A stretch of 64,000 nucleotides of DNA from Bradymonadia bacterium (GCA_044376085.1 JBILLN010000005.1:1125-65124); one strand, 5' to 3'; shown: positions 26,394 to 35,978, numbered from the stretch's first letter. A program made the numbers and translations. Notes: generated by a model from the letters alone, not told the origin.

Positions 26394-27101
26394 TCAGGTC
26401 CCCCCGGCCAGGTTCTTCCGCAAAATGTCGCGGACATAGCGGGCCACGACCGAGACCGCGATGCAGTTCATGAGGAAGTGCCGCAGACGCCCGCGATCGA
26501 TGGTCTTGAAACCGTTGTAGAAGACGAGATCGCCCAGGTAGAGGCGCTGCTCGTCGCCCTCCCCCGTGAGCCCCGGAATCCCGTCCTCGACGTCGCCGGT
26601 GGCGAGCGCTTCGAGGAAGCCGGGGAGGCAGTACTGCGCCGCCAGGGGGTTGCCCTGGGCATCGACCAGCGTGCCGGCGTGGAAGAACCGCAGGATGGCT
26701 GGTTCCCGCCCGACCTTCTCGATCGTCGTGTCGACCCGCGGGCTGTTGCTGAAGCTGACGATGAGGTCCGGCGAGAGGAGCGTCGAGGCGCTCGGCAGCT
26801 CCCGAGCGACGTGACAGACCAGCTCCGGCAACCCGGACGGCTGCTTGTGCATGCGCAGCAGCGCCCAGAAGCGACTCGGATAGATGTTGAAGGGCTCGAT
26901 CAGTCCTCGGAACGGCATGAAAGAAAGCGCGGTCCATGCCACCAGATTGTCTTTGCGACCGCCGGGTGAGATCGGCCGGTACACGATCTGGACGTCCTGC
27001 ACCTCCTGGACGAGGGCGTGCTGCACCTCGCCGTCGAAGAGCGTGTCGGTCCCGCCTTCCAGCAGTTCCCGAATCTGCTCGCTGATGTCGCGTAGTCGCA
27101 T
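26394..27101 (-). CDS. Hypothetical cytoplasmic protein (235 aa)
   Basis: ATG at 27101 gives MRLRDISEQIRELLEGG. No signal peptide and no recognisable motif. The track ORF 26394..27377 has an Arg-rich 5' over-extension. Confidence 0.45.
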   Translation of the reverse strand: MRLRDISEQIRELLEGGTDTLFDGEVQHALVQEVQDVQIVYRPISPGGRKDNLVAWTALSFMPFRGLIEPFNIYPSRFWALLRMHKQPSGLPELVCHVARELPSASTLLSPDLIVSFSNSPRVDTTIEKVGREPAILRFFHAGTLVDAQGNPLAAQYCLPGFLEALATGDVEDGIPGLTGEGDEQRLYLGDLVFYNGFKTIDRGRLRHFLMNCIAVSVVARYVRDILRKNLAGGT

Positions 27102-27186
27102 GGATTCTCCTCTGAACGGACGGCCAGAGATACCCACCCGGACCGTGAACGTCAACATTGGACGCGTTCTGATATGATGCCCGGCC

Positions 27187-28020
27187 ATGCGTGCACGACG
27201 ACGCCTTTTTCCCTGGATTCTCGCGGCCCTGGCCGGGTGCGGCGGCGCGCCGGCGACCCCGGTTCCGGACCACCCCCCGTCGGCCCAGGCGGCCACCGCC
27301 GCACCGCCGTCGGCGTTCGGACGCCCGCCGCGCGCACTCGGCGCGGATGCCCCCGAAGCGGCCGATGTCAGCGCCATCGTCGGACGCTACCGGGACGAGC
27401 TCGGGGCGAAGCTGTCCGTCCCCGTCGGGCGGGCCGAGGCCGACATCACGCCCACAGGCGAACCCTCGAACGCGCTGGGGCAGCTCGTCGCCGACGAGAT
27501 GCTCGCCCATCTCCGCTCGATGCCCGAGCACACCGTCGACCTCTTCGTCACCAACGATGGCGGCCTTCGGACGCCGCTGTACGGTGGCCAGATTCTCCTT
27601 CGCCACGTGTACGAGGTCATGCCGTTCGACAACGAGCTGGTCGTCCTCGAGCTCGACGGCGCAACCGTCCAGCGCATCCTGGATCTTGTCGCCCGCAAGG
27701 GGGGTGAGCCTCTCGCGGGCGCACGCCTCGTCATCGATCCGACGGCGGGTCGAGCTCACGAAGTCACCGTGAACGCCCGACCCTTGGACCCGAGCGCTCG
27801 CTATCGGCTCGGGACGACCGATTACCTCGCGGACTCCGGCTGGCTGCACGAGGTCGTCGATGGTCTGCCCGTGACGCGCACGGGCATTCTGATGCGAGAC
27901 GCCATCGTCACGCGCCTTCGAGAGCGGGACGCGCGCGGTGAAGTGCTCCGTCCCGTGGTCGACGACCGCATCCGCCTCGTCTCCGGCGCGGCCGCCCCCG
28001 AGAAAGGCAACTACCCATGA
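27187..28020 (+). CDS. Lipoprotein carrying a 5'-nucleotidase C-terminal (substrate-binding) domain
   Basis: MRARRRLFPWILAALAGC is a lipobox. GQLVADEM, TNDGGLR and FDNELVVLELDGATV resemble the 5'-nucleotidase C-terminal domain. ATGA overlaps the next gene. Confidence 0.65.
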   Translation: MRARRRLFPWILAALAGCGGAPATPVPDHPPSAQAATAAPPSAFGRPPRALGADAPEAADVSAIVGRYRDELGAKLSVPVGRAEADITPTGEPSNALGQLVADEMLAHLRSMPEHTVDLFVTNDGGLRTPLYGGQILLRHVYEVMPFDNELVVLELDGATVQRILDLVARKGGEPLAGARLVIDPTAGRAHEVTVNARPLDPSARYRLGTTDYLADSGWLHEVVDGLPVTRTGILMRDAIVTRLRERDARGEVLRPVVDDRIRLVSGAAAPEKGNYP

Positions 28021-28943
28021 ACCGCCCCCGACCGCGACCCGACCGTCGAACCGTCCTCGGAGGCCTGGGCGCACTCGCCGGAGCGACCCTCCTCGGACCG
28101 AGCGCAGCCCTGGCATCGCCGCGCGCCACGCGAGTCACCCTGCTTCACACGAACGACACCCACTCGCGCCTCGAGCCGTTCGAGAAGGGCAAACTCGCCG
28201 GCCTGGGCGGGATCGCCCGTCGAGCGTCGCTGATCCGAGCGATCCGTGCCGAACAACCGCACACGCTGGTTCTCGATGCGGGCGACACGTTTCAGGGAAC
28301 GCCGTACTACAACGCGTTCGCCGGCCACGCCGAGTTCGAGACGATGACGGCCGCTGGGTACGACTGCGTCACCCTCGGCAACCACGACTTCGACAAGGGG
28401 GTCGAGGCGCTCGTCTCGGCCATGCAGAAGGCGCGTTTCTCCTTCGTTTCGGCCAACTACGACATCGACGCGCCCGGTCTTCGAGAGCGCGTCGCGCCCT
28501 ACGAGGTCCGGACGGTCGGTGGACGCCGCATCGGGCTGTTCGGACTGGGCGTGAGCTTCTCCGGTCTCGTCTCGGGCTCGCTCCACGCGGGCGTTCGGTA
28601 TCGGCCCCCGGTCGCGGCGGCTCGGACCGCCGTGGAGACGCTCCGCACGACCCAGGGCGTCGACGCCGTGGTGTTGCTCTCGCACCTGGGGTACTTCGGA
28701 CACGGGAACGAGCCCGGCGACGTCGAGTTGGCCGAAGCCGTGCCCGGCATCGACGTCATCATCGGCGGGCATACCCACACCTTTCTGGACGTGCCACACG
28801 TCGTCACGCATCGCGCCGGTGGGCAGACGGCCATCGTCCAGGTCGGCTCGAGCGGCACGCACCTCGGCCGCGTCGACCTCGAGTTCGGTGCCGGCGGTGT
28901 GGCCTGGATCGAGGCGGGCGCATACCGCGTCGCCCCGGTCTGA
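28017..28943 (+). CDS. Tat-exported calcineurin-like metallophosphoesterase (5'-nucleotidase N-terminal catalytic domain)
   Basis: RRTVLGGLGALAGATLLG is a twin-arginine signal. LHTNDTHS, DAGDTFQG, GNHDFD and GGHTHT are metallophosphatase motifs. Confidence 0.75.
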   Translation: MNRPRPRPDRRTVLGGLGALAGATLLGPSAALASPRATRVTLLHTNDTHSRLEPFEKGKLAGLGGIARRASLIRAIRAEQPHTLVLDAGDTFQGTPYYNAFAGHAEFETMTAAGYDCVTLGNHDFDKGVEALVSAMQKARFSFVSANYDIDAPGLRERVAPYEVRTVGGRRIGLFGLGVSFSGLVSGSLHAGVRYRPPVAAARTAVETLRTTQGVDAVVLLSHLGYFGHGNEPGDVELAEAVPGIDVIIGGHTHTFLDVPHVVTHRAGGQTAIVQVGSSGTHLGRVDLEFGAGGVAWIEAGAYRVAPV

Positions 28944-28972
28944 AACGGCCTTCTGACTTCGATGAAAAGTCG

Positions 28973-29046
28973 CGCCCCCAGCAGGATTCGAACCTGCGAC
29001 CCCAGGTTTAGGAAACCTGTGCTCTATCCGACTGAGCTATGGGGGC
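28973..29046 (-). tRNA. tRNA-Arg (anticodon CCT)
   Basis: Hand-folded cloverleaf: acceptor GCCCCCA/UGGGGGC, D-arm GCUC/GAGC, anticodon stem CAGGU/ACCUG with loop UUCCUAA, T-arm GCAGG-UUCGAAUC-CCUGC. Discriminator G; CCA is not encoded. Confidence 0.85.
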
Positions 29047-29062
29047 GCTGGGCGACCGAATC

Positions 29063-29578
29063 TCAGTACTTGAGCAGCGCGTGAACCGGGCGCGGCGCAA
29101 GGCGACCCACCCCGCCGAGCGCGGTGAGCTCGATGAGCACCAGGACGCCCGCCACCGTGGCCCCGAGCCCTTCGACCAGGCGGCACACGGCGTCGGCCGT
29201 ACCGCCGGTCGCGAGCAGGTCGTCGACGACGACCACCCGGTCACCGGGACGGATCGCATCCGCATGAATCTCGAGGGCATCCGTCCCGTACTCGAGCTGG
29301 TACTCGGCGCGCCGGGTCTCCCGCGGCAGCTTGCCCGGTTTCCGTGCGGGCACGAATGGCAACCGAAGGCGGTGCGCCACCGGCACGCCCAAGATGAACC
29401 CGCGGGACTCGATCCCGATGACGTGCGTCGGACCGCTCAGTCCGGCGACCCCCACCAGGGCGTCGACGACCTTGGCCATCGCTTCCGGATGCCCGAGTAC
29501 CGGCGTGATGTCGCGAAACAGGATGCCGGGCTTCGGGAAGTCCGGAACGTCCCGAATGAGGGCCTTGATGTCCGTCAT
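29063..29578 (-). CDS. apt: Adenine phosphoribosyltransferase
   Basis: 171 aa. The PRPP-binding motif VVVVDDLLATGGTA is present. Length and N-terminus are typical of Apt. Confidence 0.9.
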   Translation of the reverse strand: MTDIKALIRDVPDFPKPGILFRDITPVLGHPEAMAKVVDALVGVAGLSGPTHVIGIESRGFILGVPVAHRLRLPFVPARKPGKLPRETRRAEYQLEYGTDALEIHADAIRPGDRVVVVDDLLATGGTADAVCRLVEGLGATVAGVLVLIELTALGGVGRLAPRPVHALLKY

Positions 29579-29583
29579 GGGAA

Positions 29584-30273
29584 CTACCGTGCGGGCAGGT
29601 GAATCAAGGGATCGACTGCCTCTGCGTCGATCCGGATCTCGAAGTGAAGGTGGGGACCGGTGCTGCGGCCCGTGCTCCCGACCTCGGCAATGGGCGCACC
29701 TTGCCGCACGGTCTGCCCCTCGTCAACCAGGATGCGGCTGTTGTGGGCGTACACGGTGAGGCACTTGCCGCGGTGCTCGAGGATCACGAGCTTGCCATAG
29801 CCCCCGTCGGAAACTTCGGCGAAGACGACCTCCCCGTCGGCCGCCGCGTAGATGGGAGTCCCTTCGGCTGCGGCGATATCGATGCCCTTGTGCGGTCGGC
29901 CCCACCGCTCACCGAAACCGCTGCTGACGATGCCTTCGTTCATCGGCCAGGCGAAAGCGGGCAAGTCCTCCGTCGGCCGTGACACGGGCGGCTTCGCCTT
30001 GCGCGGCAGTCGGCGAACGACCTCCTCCACACCGTAGAGGAAGAGGCGCTGCCCCACCTCCAGCCGATCGGGATCGACGAGCCCGTTGAGCTCCACGATG
30101 TCGTCCAGCGGCACGTCGAACCGCTCGGAGATGCCGGTCACCGTGTCGCCGGCCTCGACGACGTACCAGCGGCCGACGAACTCGTCGGACGACCTCTCGA
30201 CAGGTCGCGCGCCGCTGCATCCGAGCAGGCCGCACAGCAGCAACCGGCCGGTCGCGGCGCGCAGACGGCTCAC
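29584..30273 (-). CDS. LysM + M23 metallopeptidase lipoprotein (NlpD-like)
   Basis: GTG at 30273 gives VSRLRAATGRLLLCGLLGCSG, a lipobox. YVVEAGDTVTGIS is a LysM domain. HKGIDIAAAEGTPIYAAADG...GPHLHFEI is an M23 domain. GTGA overlaps the surE stop. Confidence 0.8.
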   Translation of the reverse strand: MSRLRAATGRLLLCGLLGCSGARPVERSSDEFVGRWYVVEAGDTVTGISERFDVPLDDIVELNGLVDPDRLEVGQRLFLYGVEEVVRRLPRKAKPPVSRPTEDLPAFAWPMNEGIVSSGFGERWGRPHKGIDIAAAEGTPIYAAADGEVVFAEVSDGGYGKLVILEHRGKCLTVYAHNSRILVDEGQTVRQGAPIAEVGSTGRSTGPHLHFEIRIDAEAVDPLIHLPAR

Positions 30274-31037
30274 ACGCGTTCGAAGCCCGCCAGCTCGACG
30301 TGGCCCCAGGCCTCGAGCAGGGCGTGATGGGTCAGGTCGAGGTACAACGGAGTAATCGCCGCGATCCCCGCCTCGACAGCGTCGCAGTCCCCGCCCTCCA
30401 CCGGATGATGAGTGATGTCGCTGCCGATCCAGTACATCGCACGACCCCGGGGGTCCTGCTGCAGGATGACCCGATGGCCGTAGTCGCGATGCCCGCCCCG
30501 AGCCCATCGGAAGCGGGTCACGGGGGCACCGTCCGTGTCCGGCACGTTGACGTTGAGCAACGAGCGTGCAGGCAGGCCGTGCTCCAGAACGTGGCGCGCC
30601 ACCGCGACCGCGAACTCGGCCGCCGGCATGAAGTCCCGGGGGTTGCGGGACGAGACGCTCACCGCAACGGATGGCACGCCCATGATGGTGCCCTCCATGG
30701 CGCCGGCGACGGTACCCGAGTAGGTCACGTCGTCCCCCAGATTGGGCCCGTGGTTGATCCCGCTGAGCACGAGCGCGGGCCGACGCGGCAGAAGCGACTG
30801 AATGGCGAGGAACACGCAGTCCGTCGGCGTCCCGTCCGTGACGAATCGCCGCGGCCCCGCCTCGCGCACGCGCAAGGGGTTGGTCAGGGTGATCGCGTGC
30901 GAGGCGCCGGACCGCTCCCGATCCGGTGCCACGAGCCAGACCTCTCCAAGGGCGGCACACGCCGTCGCGAGGGCCTCGAGCCCACGCGCCTCGTAGCCGT
31001 CGTCGTTGGTCAACAGGATGAGCGGCGGTGCGTCCAT
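30270..31037 (-). CDS. surE: 5'/3'-nucleotidase SurE
   Basis: The N-terminus is MDAPPLILLTNDDGYEARGL. ATG is at 31037. The track ORF 30270..31181 over-extends through the tRNA-Pro. Confidence 0.85.
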   Translation of the reverse strand: MDAPPLILLTNDDGYEARGLEALATACAALGEVWLVAPDRERSGASHAITLTNPLRVREAGPRRFVTDGTPTDCVFLAIQSLLPRRPALVLSGINHGPNLGDDVTYSGTVAGAMEGTIMGVPSVAVSVSSRNPRDFMPAAEFAVAVARHVLEHGLPARSLLNVNVPDTDGAPVTRFRWARGGHRDYGHRVILQQDPRGRAMYWIGSDITHHPVEGGDCDAVEAGIAAITPLYLDLTHHALLEAWGHVELAGFERV

Positions 31038-31092
31038 GTCGATCCCCGAAAAAACGAAAGGCCGCCCGGCGTTCGCCGGCGGCCTTTCTGAG

Positions 31093-31166
31093 TCGGGGTG
31101 AGAGGATTTGAACCTCCGACCACTTGCACCCCATGCAAGTGCGCTACCAGGCTGCGCTACACCCCG
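31093..31166 (-). tRNA. tRNA-Pro (anticodon GGG)
   Basis: Acceptor CGGGGUG/CACCCCG, D-arm GCGC, anticodon stem CUUGC/GCAAG with loop AUGGGGU (G37), T-arm GGAGG-UUCAAAU-CCUCU. Discriminator A. Confidence 0.85.
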
Positions 31167-31204
31167 AAACGCGGTGCGCAAGTTAGTTTGCGCGCGTTAC
31201 GGTG

Positions 31205-31750
31205 TCAACCGGAATCCTTCTCGATTTTCTGGACCGTCATCGATTTCAAACCGCCCAGAACGCCCCGGAGTGCAGCGGTGAGGTCTCGCAGGCGCTTCTC
31301 CTCCGCCATTGCCCGCCGACGCCAGAAGAATGCCTCCTCCGAGGCACTGCGAAGCTGCTTCTCGAGTCGTGCGACCCGCCCTCGAAGCCCGTCGAGTTCG
31401 ACGCCGGCGGCGTCGAGGCGCGCGGTCGCGTCGTCTCGCGCCGCGGCCGCCTCGCTCGGATTCGCGTCGAGCACGGCCTGAACGGCCGACTCGCCCTGCG
31501 CCAGCAGCGTCCGCGCACCCGCAATCGTATAGCCCCGGTCGTGCACGAGGAGGCGGATGCGGCGCAGCAACTCGACATCCGCTCTCGCGTAAACGCGATG
31601 GCCGTTGGGGCTCTTCTCGGGGCGAATCTGGGTGAACTCGCTCTCCCAGAACCGGAGCACCGATGTCCGCACGCCGACGAGGTCGGCGACCTCGCCGATC
31701 TTGAAGAAGTGCTTCTCGGGAAGCGGGGGCAGCGCGGCGGCCCGTTTCAA
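31205..31750 (-). CDS. MerR-family transcriptional regulator
   Basis: The N-terminal HTH FKIGEVADLVGVRTSVLRFWESEF is MerR-like. The C-terminus is a coiled coil. It lies 7 nt downstream of ihfA. Confidence 0.8.
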   Translation of the reverse strand: MKRAAALPPLPEKHFFKIGEVADLVGVRTSVLRFWESEFTQIRPEKSPNGHRVYARADVELLRRIRLLVHDRGYTIAGARTLLAQGESAVQAVLDANPSEAAAARDDATARLDAAGVELDGLRGRVARLEKQLRSASEEAFFWRRRAMAEEKRLRDLTAALRGVLGGLKSMTVQKIEKDSG

Positions 31751-31757
31751 AGGGACC

Positions 31758-32036
31758 TCAGGGGTTGATCGCGTTCTTGAGAACCTGAGACGGCTTGAAG
31801 GTCAACACCTTGCGCGGCGCGATCTTGATCTCGTCGCCCGTCTGCGGATTCCGGCCCACGCGTTCCTTCTTCTGACGCACGACGAAATTGCCGAACCCGC
31901 TGATCTTGATCTTCTCGCCCTGCTCGAGCGTGTTTTTCAGCGTCTCGAAAACGAGCTCGACGATCTCGGCGGACTCTTTCTTCGAGAGCCCACCCAGATT
32001 GTCGTAGACCTTCTCGACGATGTCGGCCTTGGTCAT
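31758..32036 (-). CDS. ihfA: Integration host factor subunit alpha
   Basis: MTKADIVEKV...GFGNFVVRQKKERVGRNPQTGDEIKIAPRKVLTFKPS is the HU/IHF fold. The gene sits directly downstream of pheT, as in the E. coli pheST-ihfA operon. Confidence 0.85.
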   Translation of the reverse strand: MTKADIVEKVYDNLGGLSKKESAEIVELVFETLKNTLEQGEKIKISGFGNFVVRQKKERVGRNPQTGDEIKIAPRKVLTFKPSQVLKNAINP

Positions 32037-32054
32037 CGAGTGCTCTCCCCCGGG

Positions 32055-34463
32055 TCAGCGCTGTACGCCACCGAATCGCTCGACCAGGTGACCGACCAGC
32101 GCAGACTGCGTCGCGCTGACTTCGTCGTCCGTCAAGGTCCGATCCGGCGCACGGTAGGTGATCGTCAACCCCAGGCTGAAGTGCCCGGCGCCGACGGATT
32201 CCCCCTCGTATACGTCGAAAATCTCTACGTTGTCAATGACTTGCACGCCCAGCCCGGCGACCGCGTTCAGCACGTCCGCGGCGCGCGTGCCCTTCGGAAG
32301 CTGCAACGCAACGTCACGACGGACCGCCGGCAGGCGTTGGAAGTCGGCAAACCGGACGACCGCCGGTGCGGTATCGACCAAGGGGCCGAGATCGAGTTCG
32401 GCCACGAACAACGGCCCGCCCAGACCGAGCGTGCGTCCGAGCCGCGGGTGCAGCTGACCGACGACGCCGATCGATCGGCCATCGAGGCGGACGGTGGCAG
32501 CGACCCCCGGATGAAGCCAGACCGTCGTGGAGAGCGCCTCGAAGGTCAGCGCGACGTCGGGCCGACACTGTCGCACGACACGCTCGACCTCGCCCTTGAG
32601 ATCGAAGAAGTCCACCGGACGCCGACCGCCGCTCCAGTGGCCGCTCGTCTGCCCGCCCCAGACGAGGCCGAGGCGCTCGATCTCGGTCGGCATCTCGCCG
32701 GCCGCGGGACCGGGAAGGAAGACCCGGCCGATCTCGAACGCTCCGAAGTCGAGTTGCCCATGACGCTCGTTGTGAGCCGCATTCGCCACCAGGCGGGGCA
32801 ACATCGAGGTCCGAAGTACGCGGAGGTCTTCGGACAGCGGATTCTGCAGGGCCAGCGGCGGCGGCCCACCGAACGGCGCGAGGAGTTCCGTGGAGAGGAA
32901 CGGATAGTTCAACGCCTGGTGGAAGCCTCGGGTCGCAAGTCCTCGTCTGAGCTGACGAATCCGCTTGTCGCGCGCGAGGCCCTCACCCGTTGCGAACGTC
33001 AGGCGGGCCGGCGGCGTCGGGATCGCGTCGAATCCGACGAAACGCGCGACCTCCTCGACCAGGTCGGCGCTCTCGGCCACATCCGGCCGCCAACCGGGCG
33101 CCCGAACGCTCCAGCGCGGATCCGGCCCGTCGGCCGGGGGCACATCTACCTCGAACCCCAGGCGTCCCAGGGCGACGCGCTGGGTTCCGGCGTCGATGGC
33201 CACGCCGAGCAATCGCTCTGCTTGGGCCGGCGCGTACCGGACGAGGGCCCGTGGGACCTCACGCGCGACGCGGTCGGTGACGACCGAACTTGCCCGAGGC
33301 GAGGAGCCGGAGGCCGACAGTTCGATCATGAGCCGCACGGCGCGATCGGCGGCAGCCCGCGTCGCCAGCGGATCGACGCCACGCTCGAACCGCTGGCTGG
33401 AGTCGCTTCTGAGCCCGAGCCTGCGCGAGGTCGCGCGGACCCCCGTCGGCAGGAACCAGGCGCTCTCCAGGAAGACGTCCGTCGTGTCGGCCTTCACCTC
33501 GCTGTCGAGGCCACCCATGACGCCGGCCAGAGCGACGGGACGCTCGGCGTCGCAGATCAGCAGGTCGTCTTCGATGCAGGTGCGCTCGATGCCGTCGAGC
33601 GTCGTCATCCGCTCCCCGGATACGGCCCGACGCACGACGATTCGGGGACCCCTGAGGTCTCGGAGATCAAAGGCGTGGAGCGGCTGCCCGAGTTCCATCA
33701 GAACGAAATTCGTGACGTCGACCAGGTTGTTGATCGCGCGAACCCCCACGGACTCGAGCAGGCGGCGGACCCAGAGGGGGCTCGGTCCGACCCGCAGACC
33801 CCGGACCACGCGCCCCACGTAGCGAGCGCACCGCTCGGCGTCCGCGATTTCGACGGAGACGGCGTCGTCGCCTGCGACCGCCGGAATCTCCGTCGGTGGC
33901 GGGCGAAGGGCGACACCGGCCAACGCGGCCACCTCACGGGCGACGCCGAGGTGAGAAAGCATGTCGCCCCGATTCGCCGTCGGGCTCGTGTGGAGCACGG
34001 TATCCTCGAGCGCGAGCGCCGTGGTCAGGGCCATACCGGGCGCGAGGCCCGACTCGAGCTCGAGGATGCCGTCGCTCTCGGCAGAGAGTCCGAGTTCACG
34101 CTCGCTGCAGAGCATGCCGAAGCTCTCCTCGCCGCGGATCTTCGCCTTCTTGATGACGAAGTCGCCCGGGAGGACGGCCCCCGGCGTGGCGAGCGCCACC
34201 GTGAGTCCGGGACGACAGTTCGGGGCGCCGCAGACGACCGTAAGCTGTTCGGTGCCCGTGTCGACGCGCGCCAGCTGGAGTTTGTCGGCGTTCGGATGGC
34301 GCCAGGCCTCGAGGACCCGGGCCACGACGACACCGGGGAGTGGCGTCGACCGGCTTTCGACCTCTTCGACCTCCAGGCCGGAAAGTGTCAGGCGCCGGGC
34401 GATCTCGGCGGCGTCCCAGTCGACCTCGACGAGGCGGCGCAGCCAGTTCACGCTGATTTTCAT
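32055..34463 (-). CDS. pheT: Phenylalanine--tRNA ligase beta subunit
   Basis: 802 aa. The N-terminus MKISVNWLRRLV..., the B3/B4, B5 and FDX-ACB domain order, and the position after pheS all fit PheT. Confidence 0.9.
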   Translation of the reverse strand: MKISVNWLRRLVEVDWDAAEIARRLTLSGLEVEEVESRSTPLPGVVVARVLEAWRHPNADKLQLARVDTGTEQLTVVCGAPNCRPGLTVALATPGAVLPGDFVIKKAKIRGEESFGMLCSERELGLSAESDGILELESGLAPGMALTTALALEDTVLHTSPTANRGDMLSHLGVAREVAALAGVALRPPPTEIPAVAGDDAVSVEIADAERCARYVGRVVRGLRVGPSPLWVRRLLESVGVRAINNLVDVTNFVLMELGQPLHAFDLRDLRGPRIVVRRAVSGERMTTLDGIERTCIEDDLLICDAERPVALAGVMGGLDSEVKADTTDVFLESAWFLPTGVRATSRRLGLRSDSSQRFERGVDPLATRAAADRAVRLMIELSASGSSPRASSVVTDRVAREVPRALVRYAPAQAERLLGVAIDAGTQRVALGRLGFEVDVPPADGPDPRWSVRAPGWRPDVAESADLVEEVARFVGFDAIPTPPARLTFATGEGLARDKRIRQLRRGLATRGFHQALNYPFLSTELLAPFGGPPPLALQNPLSEDLRVLRTSMLPRLVANAAHNERHGQLDFGAFEIGRVFLPGPAAGEMPTEIERLGLVWGGQTSGHWSGGRRPVDFFDLKGEVERVVRQCRPDVALTFEALSTTVWLHPGVAATVRLDGRSIGVVGQLHPRLGRTLGLGGPLFVAELDLGPLVDTAPAVVRFADFQRLPAVRRDVALQLPKGTRAADVLNAVAGLGVQVIDNVEIFDVYEGESVGAGHFSLGLTITYRAPDRTLTDDEVSATQSALVGHLVERFGGVQR

Positions 34464-34497
34464 GGTCGACTCCGGAAAGAGGGCCGGTCTCGTTCGG

Positions 34498-35508
34498 TCA
34501 ACGGGTCGGGAACTGACGCAAGAAGCGGGCGTCGTTCTCCCAGAGGTAACGGATGTCGGTGATGCCGTAGCGGATCATCGCCAGACGATCGACGCCCAGC
34601 CCAAAGGCGAACCCTTGGACCTGCTCGGGATCGTAACCGACGTTCCGAAGGACCTGCGGATGGACCATGCCGGCGCCCAGGACCTCCATCCACCGGGTCC
34701 CGGTCCAGACGTCGAGTTCGACGGACGGCTCCGTGAACGGGAAGAAGCTCGGGCGGAACCGGACGGGCCGGTCGGGCCCGTACAGCGTCCGAAGGAAGTG
34801 CGTGAGCGTGCCCTTGAGGTCCGCCATCGTCACGTCGCGGTCGATCCAGAGCCCCTCGATCTGGTGAAAGACCGGACTGTGCGTCGTGTCCGCATCGCAG
34901 CGGAAGACCTTGCCCGGCGCGATGATCCGCACCGGAGGCTGTCGCGCCTGCATCGTGCGGACCTGCACGGGGCTGGTCTGGGTCCGCAGGAGCAGGCCGC
35001 CTTCGAGATAGAAGGTGTCCTGCATGTCCCGGGCGGGGTGAGAAGCCGGCATGTTCAGGAGGTCGAAATTGTAGGTCTCGGATTCGACCTCCGGTCCGTC
35101 CGCGAGTTCGAATCCGAACGCGCAGAGGAGATCGACCAGATCATCGAGGACCTGCTGAACCGGATGGGTCGCGCCGGTCGCGATCGTCCGTCCGGGCAGC
35201 GTGACGTCGATCCTTCCCTGCTCCAGGGCGGTCGCGAGGGCTGCCTCCGCGAGGCGCTCCCGGGCCTGCTCGAACGAGGCGTCCACGGTGTCGCGGGCCG
35301 CATTGATCCGCGCGCCGGCCGCCGGCCGGTCCTCCGGCGCCAAGCGTCCGAGCGCCTGCATCAGCGGCGCGAACGCGCCCTTCTTGCCGACGAAACGGGC
35401 GCGAACCGTCGGCAGGTCGGACTCGCGGTCGAGCGCCGCGGCCGCCTGGAGGGCCTCGGCGCAGATCGCGTCGATTTCGGCCTGAAGCCGAGCATGAGTC
35501 TCCGACAC
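34498..35508 (-). CDS. pheS: Phenylalanine--tRNA ligase alpha subunit
   Basis: 336 aa. Class II aaRS motifs FRPSFFPFTEPS and GLGVDRLAM are present. Confidence 0.9.
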   Translation of the reverse strand: MSETHARLQAEIDAICAEALQAAAALDRESDLPTVRARFVGKKGAFAPLMQALGRLAPEDRPAAGARINAARDTVDASFEQARERLAEAALATALEQGRIDVTLPGRTIATGATHPVQQVLDDLVDLLCAFGFELADGPEVESETYNFDLLNMPASHPARDMQDTFYLEGGLLLRTQTSPVQVRTMQARQPPVRIIAPGKVFRCDADTTHSPVFHQIEGLWIDRDVTMADLKGTLTHFLRTLYGPDRPVRFRPSFFPFTEPSVELDVWTGTRWMEVLGAGMVHPQVLRNVGYDPEQVQGFAFGLGVDRLAMIRYGITDIRYLWENDARFLRQFPTR

Positions 35509-35624
35509 GGGAACCTCCTGAGGTCGGCGTCCGTGCGGAGCGAAGCGCGCGCAGCGTCGGCGGCGGTGGCCTCAGACGCGCAGTCTTCTCGGCCCGGGGC
35601 GGACGCTGTTTCGGCGATGAACGA

Positions 35625-35978
35625 TCAGAGCGCCGCGCGGGCCGCCTGGACCACGGCACCGAACGCAGCCGGGTCGCTGATGGCCAGCTCGGCGAGCACA
35701 CGGCGATCGAGACCGATGTTCGCCTTCGCGAGCCCGTGGACGAAGCGGCTGTAGGTCAAACCGTGGAGCCGCGTGGCCGCGTTGATGCGCACGATCCACA
35801 GCCGACGGAAGGCACGCTTGCGGGCCTTGCGGTCACGGAATGCGTAGCAGAGGCCGCGCTCGACGGCCTCCTTCGCGCTCCGGAAGAGACGGCTGTGGCT
35901 GCCGCGGTACCCCTTGGCGAGCTTGAGAATGCGGTTGTGACGACGGCGGGTTTTGAATCCACCTTTTGCGCGAGGCAT
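35625..35978 (-). CDS. rplT: 50S ribosomal protein L20
   Basis: MPRAKGGFKTRRRHNRILKLAKGYRGSHSRLFRSAKEAVERGLCYAFRDRKARKRAFRRLWIVRINAA matches L20. Confidence 0.9.
   Translation of the reverse strand: MPRAKGGFKTRRRHNRILKLAKGYRGSHSRLFRSAKEAVERGLCYAFRDRKARKRAFRRLWIVRINAATRLHGLTYSRFVHGLAKANIGLDRRVLAELAISDPAAFGAVVQAARAAL

Noticed and set aside
30270-31181. N-terminal extension of the surE ORF (and the similar rpmI extension at 36265..36432)
   Set aside because: The extensions run through the tRNA-Pro and tRNA-Val genes. Internal ATGs give canonical SurE (MDAPPLILLTNDDG) and L35 (MPKMKTRK) N-termini.
35509-35624. Attenuator or terminator hairpin between rplT and pheS
   Set aside because: Only short imperfect GC palindromes (CCCGGGG) were found, with no U-tract. 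A pheST leader peptide as in enterobacteria is not evident.
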